Of a DNA stretch of 64,000 nt, positions 59,465-64,000 are shown in pieces. The stretch lies in the NCBI RefSeq assembly GCF_009914755.1, contig NC_060937.1; one strand, written 5' to 3'. The translations under genes were made by a program, and so were the position numbers. Numbering within the stretch: the first letter of the stretch is position 1; every line of letters starts with the position of its first letter. The notes beneath the pieces were generated by a model. It was not told where the DNA came from. It made no database searches and worked only from the letters and a program-made list of their open reading frames with translations. This DNA comes from the human T2T-CHM13v2.0 reference genome, Homo sapiens.

Positions 59465-59589
59465 AACAGCTGTTATTCATCTAAGAATTATTTATCTAAG
59501 TGTGTGATAAAATTAGGCAATAAAAAAGTGTCTGTTAAAATAAAATTATACCCAAGATGAAAAAGATTTAAAAAATTGTTTTAGACTGA

Positions 59590-60255
59590 TTGCATTAACA
59601 GCCTCAATTGTTTCCCTCTTTCTGTGTCCACGTACTTTACGATATGACTTTGCCATTCATCATATTGAAGAATTAGTGTCCTTCATTCCTTCAACTTGGG
59701 CTGATTTTGTGACTTACTTTATCACAGAGATTGTAGCAGAAATGATAATACCAGTTCTGAGACTATGCCTGAAGAAGTTTTGCGTATTTTCTCTTGCGTT
59801 CCTATGCCTTCCCTATTCTTATGTGTGAACATTATGCGTCAACTTGAGGGCCATGAGAAGCTGCAGCAGGACCTCCACTGGCTCTTCAGACTACAAGCCT
59901 AACCTGCAGATTTTGAACTTGGCATCCTCCATAATCATGCGAGCCAATTCCTTAGAATAAATTGTTTTCTCTGCATATGTACATGTACACATCCTACTGA
60001 TTCCGTTTCTCTAGAGAACAGTAATTAAGACACCACGAGAACCTATTGGACGATAAAATACAAGTTGAGGGGAGTTGCCATATTGGTCCTACCCAAACCC
60101 AGTATAGACTAATCAGTAACCAATAAATCCAGCCAAGATGAGCAGGATCTCCTGATTCCAGGTGATTTTAAATGCAAGAGCAAGAAACATTTTTTCTGCA
60201 AGCCGATAGAATTTTTATGTTGTTATGTAGTAGTATTATAACAATAAATTACTTC
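59590..60255 (+). mobile_element. Old MLT1 LTR with a nested MLT2 3' fragment (~59860-60032)
   Basis: ttgggctgattttgtgacttacttt; MLT2-like ctgcagattttgaacttggcatcctccataatcatgcgagccaattcctt...tttctctagagaac. Confidence 0.6.
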
Positions 60256-60907
60256 TAATTATTAGGCCCTTTTTAAAACTTAAAAAATATTTTTTGGATT
60301 TCAACAGGGCATTGTTTACTAAATGAGTAACAGAGTTATATTTTGTTCACGTTTTTAACAGAAGCATATTTCTGAAGTTTTGCCAACTCATTATTAATGA
60401 CAACTGAATCTTTGAAAATTATAACCATATTTATAATTTAAATATGATTACTCAGGTAGAAACTCTAGAGAAGTAAAGTTGCTTACATTTAGTTATAGCC
60501 ATCTGAAAGCTACTTAAAATTATTTAGAACTAAATTCAAACACTTTTGACTACAGTTCTCAATAGAGATGGAAAAGAATTTTTGATAGAAAGAAGGATTC
60601 CTGATGATGTAAACACTTGTTTTACTCGTTGCCATGTTTCATAAAAGATCTACAACACATAGAACTAAATGTTCAAAAAAGTAATGAAGTATTTAGATAC
60701 TACCAGTTTCTTACTTATTCCTAATGGCTAAAGAGAGTAAATTTTATCATAACTTAAACTATCCATCATGAATAACTTTAGTTAAACCAAAAATTGCCTG
60801 AAAATTAGGGGAAACTTTATAAAAACAAACTTATTTAACTTAAGATAAAATCAATTTTAATTTTTTCATCAGCTTACACACACACACAAAAATACACACA
60901 TTCTGGC

Positions 60908-60908
60908 G

Positions 60909-60977
<69 letters not shown>
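60908..60977. repeat. Compound (TA)n(GA)n microsatellite
   Basis: tatatatata...gagagagaga. Confidence 0.95.
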
Positions 60978-60982
<5 letters not shown>

Positions 60983-61167
60983 GCCCTACCCTAGTATTTC
61001 AGAAAATTCCATAAATGTATCTAAAAAGATAAAATTAACAAAATCCTAGCAATTATTTGAATCTCTTTATTTTCAGAAATTTTTGTATCCCTTGGTAAGA
61101 CACTTATAAATAGATACGTTTCCAACAAGCTGACACTGAATGATAAACTTATTTCCATTCTGTGTAA

Positions 61168-61513
<346 letters not shown>

Positions 61514-62168
61514 AATGTCCACCAAGCACCATATAAATTTCCTTACTTTGAAAATTCAAACTTAGACACAGTCCCTTCCCACAGCTGCCTCATAGTATAA
61601 AGGGAAGCAGACTTTACAATGTACTCATAATAGGGTTTAGCATAAGAAGACTAATGACACATAAAATGGACAAAATTCACATACAAGTGGCAATGGACAA
61701 TTTCCTGCAGGAGATTATAACTTAGTTCAGCACAATATGTTGAGATGAATTGGTTAAGGACTTAAGAAAGAAGCACATTTCAGACAAGAAGAAAAGCATG
61801 AAAAACTGATAAATCAAGGTTTATTACCACGATCATCTGCAAAACTTGTTCAAAATATAAATGTATTTTGTATCTGCTTCTGGGCAACTGAAAGTCAAAT
61901 TCAGTACATGTCAGGTTTCCTCAGATATTTCAGAAAAAAATAATGTGTTCAGTGATTCAAAGATGTATCCTAGGTTAAGAACAGGTGAGCTAGAGCAGAG
62001 TGTTAGAGGTGGAGTAGTAAATGTCAAAACTAGAAAGAATGCCTTAAAGGATAAGAACCTTAAACCATAATGGAATTTATATTACAGCTAAGGCATTTGG
62101 ACTTTACCTAAAGAATACAAGAGGTCAATAAAATAAGAGTGCATATGTTAGCCTGGAACAGCGATCTC

Positions 62169-62184
62169 AGATAGATAGATAGAT

Positions 62185-62216
<32 letters not shown>
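62169..62216. repeat. (GATA)n tetranucleotide STR
   Basis: agatagatagatagatgatagatagatag... Confidence 0.95.
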
Positions 62217-62217
<1 letters not shown>

Positions 62218-62513
62218 AGTGGCTATATTCAGCTCCCTACTTGTTTAGCTCTCTCTCTCTCTCTCTCTCTACATATATATATATATAAGATTTTAAGAAT
62301 TTTTTTTACAAACTGCAATAATCTTTTCAATGGAAAATTGTGTTTTTGTATCACTTCCAGTTCACTTCATTAATTTGTTAAGCGTAGACTTTGTTTACAT
62401 TAAATACAAACAATAAACCAAGCTATTTTACTGTTATAACTTATACTTTCTCTCTCTCTTCCTCTCTCTCTCTCTCTATATATATATACACACACACACA
62501 CACACCTATAAAT

Positions 62514-62659
62514 ATTTCAAATGTGAGATCAAGAAACATTTTTTCTGCAAGCCACTATAATTTTTTGTTGTTATGTAGCAGTATTAGCAGTATTATGACA
62601 ATAAATTACTTTCATTTATTACGCCCTTTTTAAAACTACAAAATATTGGATTTCAACAG
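62514..62659 (+). repeat. Dispersed direct copy of 60165-60307
   Basis: caagaaacattttttctgcaagcc...acaataaattactt...ccctttttaaaact...ttggatttcaacag shared. Confidence 0.9.
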
Positions 62660-63128
62660 AGAGATCGTGTTAAACAAGTAGGGAGCTGAATATACCCATT
62701 TTATGTGTATGTACAAACATGTCCTCTTCCCTCAGATATTCTACATTCTTGCCCTCGCTCTTATTCTTTTTCACTATAGAATTTCTGAAATATGTTCCTT
62801 CAATGCACAAGAAACTTACCTACACCCTCACCCTCTTGAATGAGGCTTTATTAGATGCATTCATCCCCGCCCCACCCCACCCCCACACAAAAAAAAAGCC
62901 ACAAAAGTTTTGTCTTATTCTCAAGATGATATTTCCCTTTTGGTTCTTGATTCCAGACTACTGTGACTCTTGCTTTGAGGGAGTGCAATCAGTAGCATTC
63001 TATTTATCCCCCACTCTCAGAATACCTTTCTTACACTTCCATAAAACAAATGAAAATTTATGACTTTTGAGGCTCATGCCTGTAACCATTCTTTATTATT
63101 ATTATTTACTCTTATAAATAAAAATATC

Positions 63129-63509
<381 letters not shown>

Positions 63510-63679
63510 TCCAGACTTTGCTATCAGATTCACCAGTTTCTTCCTCATCTTGACTCTCGTAGTCATTCAAAATAACCTCAAAATTATCACAGTTTACCTA
63601 ATGAATAATCTTGGCTTTAAATTCTTTGACATTCTCATACCTAATCATCTTCACCATTCTTAGAGAAAACCTCTGTACT

Positions 63680-63990
63680 AGTTTGGAATTCCTTAGAAGC
63701 AGAAACTGAGACAGAGATTTGTGTCTGAATAGTTTTTTTAGGAAGTAATTTTAGGAAATAGTTATAGAGAAATGAATAAGGCAGAAAATGGAAAAAAGAC
63801 AAAAACGTTTTCATTAATTGTTTTTATACCGTATGTAGCTGCAGCTTAATTTCTTTAGGAAATGTCACAAGACAATTTTAAATATTTCTGAGTTATGACA
63901 AATCAAATAAGGGGTAAGAAAGCTATGGCATTTATTTACCAACATTGTGAATATCACTGGTTGAAGGATGCTTCCAGAGATTAACTGAGG
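63680..63990 (-). mobile_element. ERVL LTR16-like remnant
   Basis: agaagcagaaactgagacagagattt...aatagttttttaggaagtaattttaggaa. Confidence 0.45.
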
Positions 63991-64000
63991 TATTTCTAGC

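Overview
AT-rich, repeat-dense human non-coding DNA (intergenic or deep intronic). An AluYb8 with its diagnostic 7-bp duplication points to Homo sapiens. I find no supportable protein-coding gene: the ORF-track hits are L1 ORF2, L2 RT, MaLR or Alu remnants, or low-complexity noise. The window holds L1PA/L1PB/L1M fragments, L2, MIR, about ten Alus, many solo LTRs (THE1/MST/MLT1, MER52, MER4, ERVL-like), DNA-transposon relics (a MADE1 hairpin, Tigger3), a tailless U2 snRNA retrocopy and several STRs. The main signal that repeat annotation does not explain is at least four local templated insertions (13.3 kb, 29.1 kb, 38.3 kb, 62.5 kb). Each copies nearby DNA from 0.4-4 kb away, three join several donors or inverted pieces, and their divergences differ, suggesting recurrent template-switch repair at this locus. 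Subfamily names come from recalled consensus sequences and boundaries were read by eye, so both are approximate.
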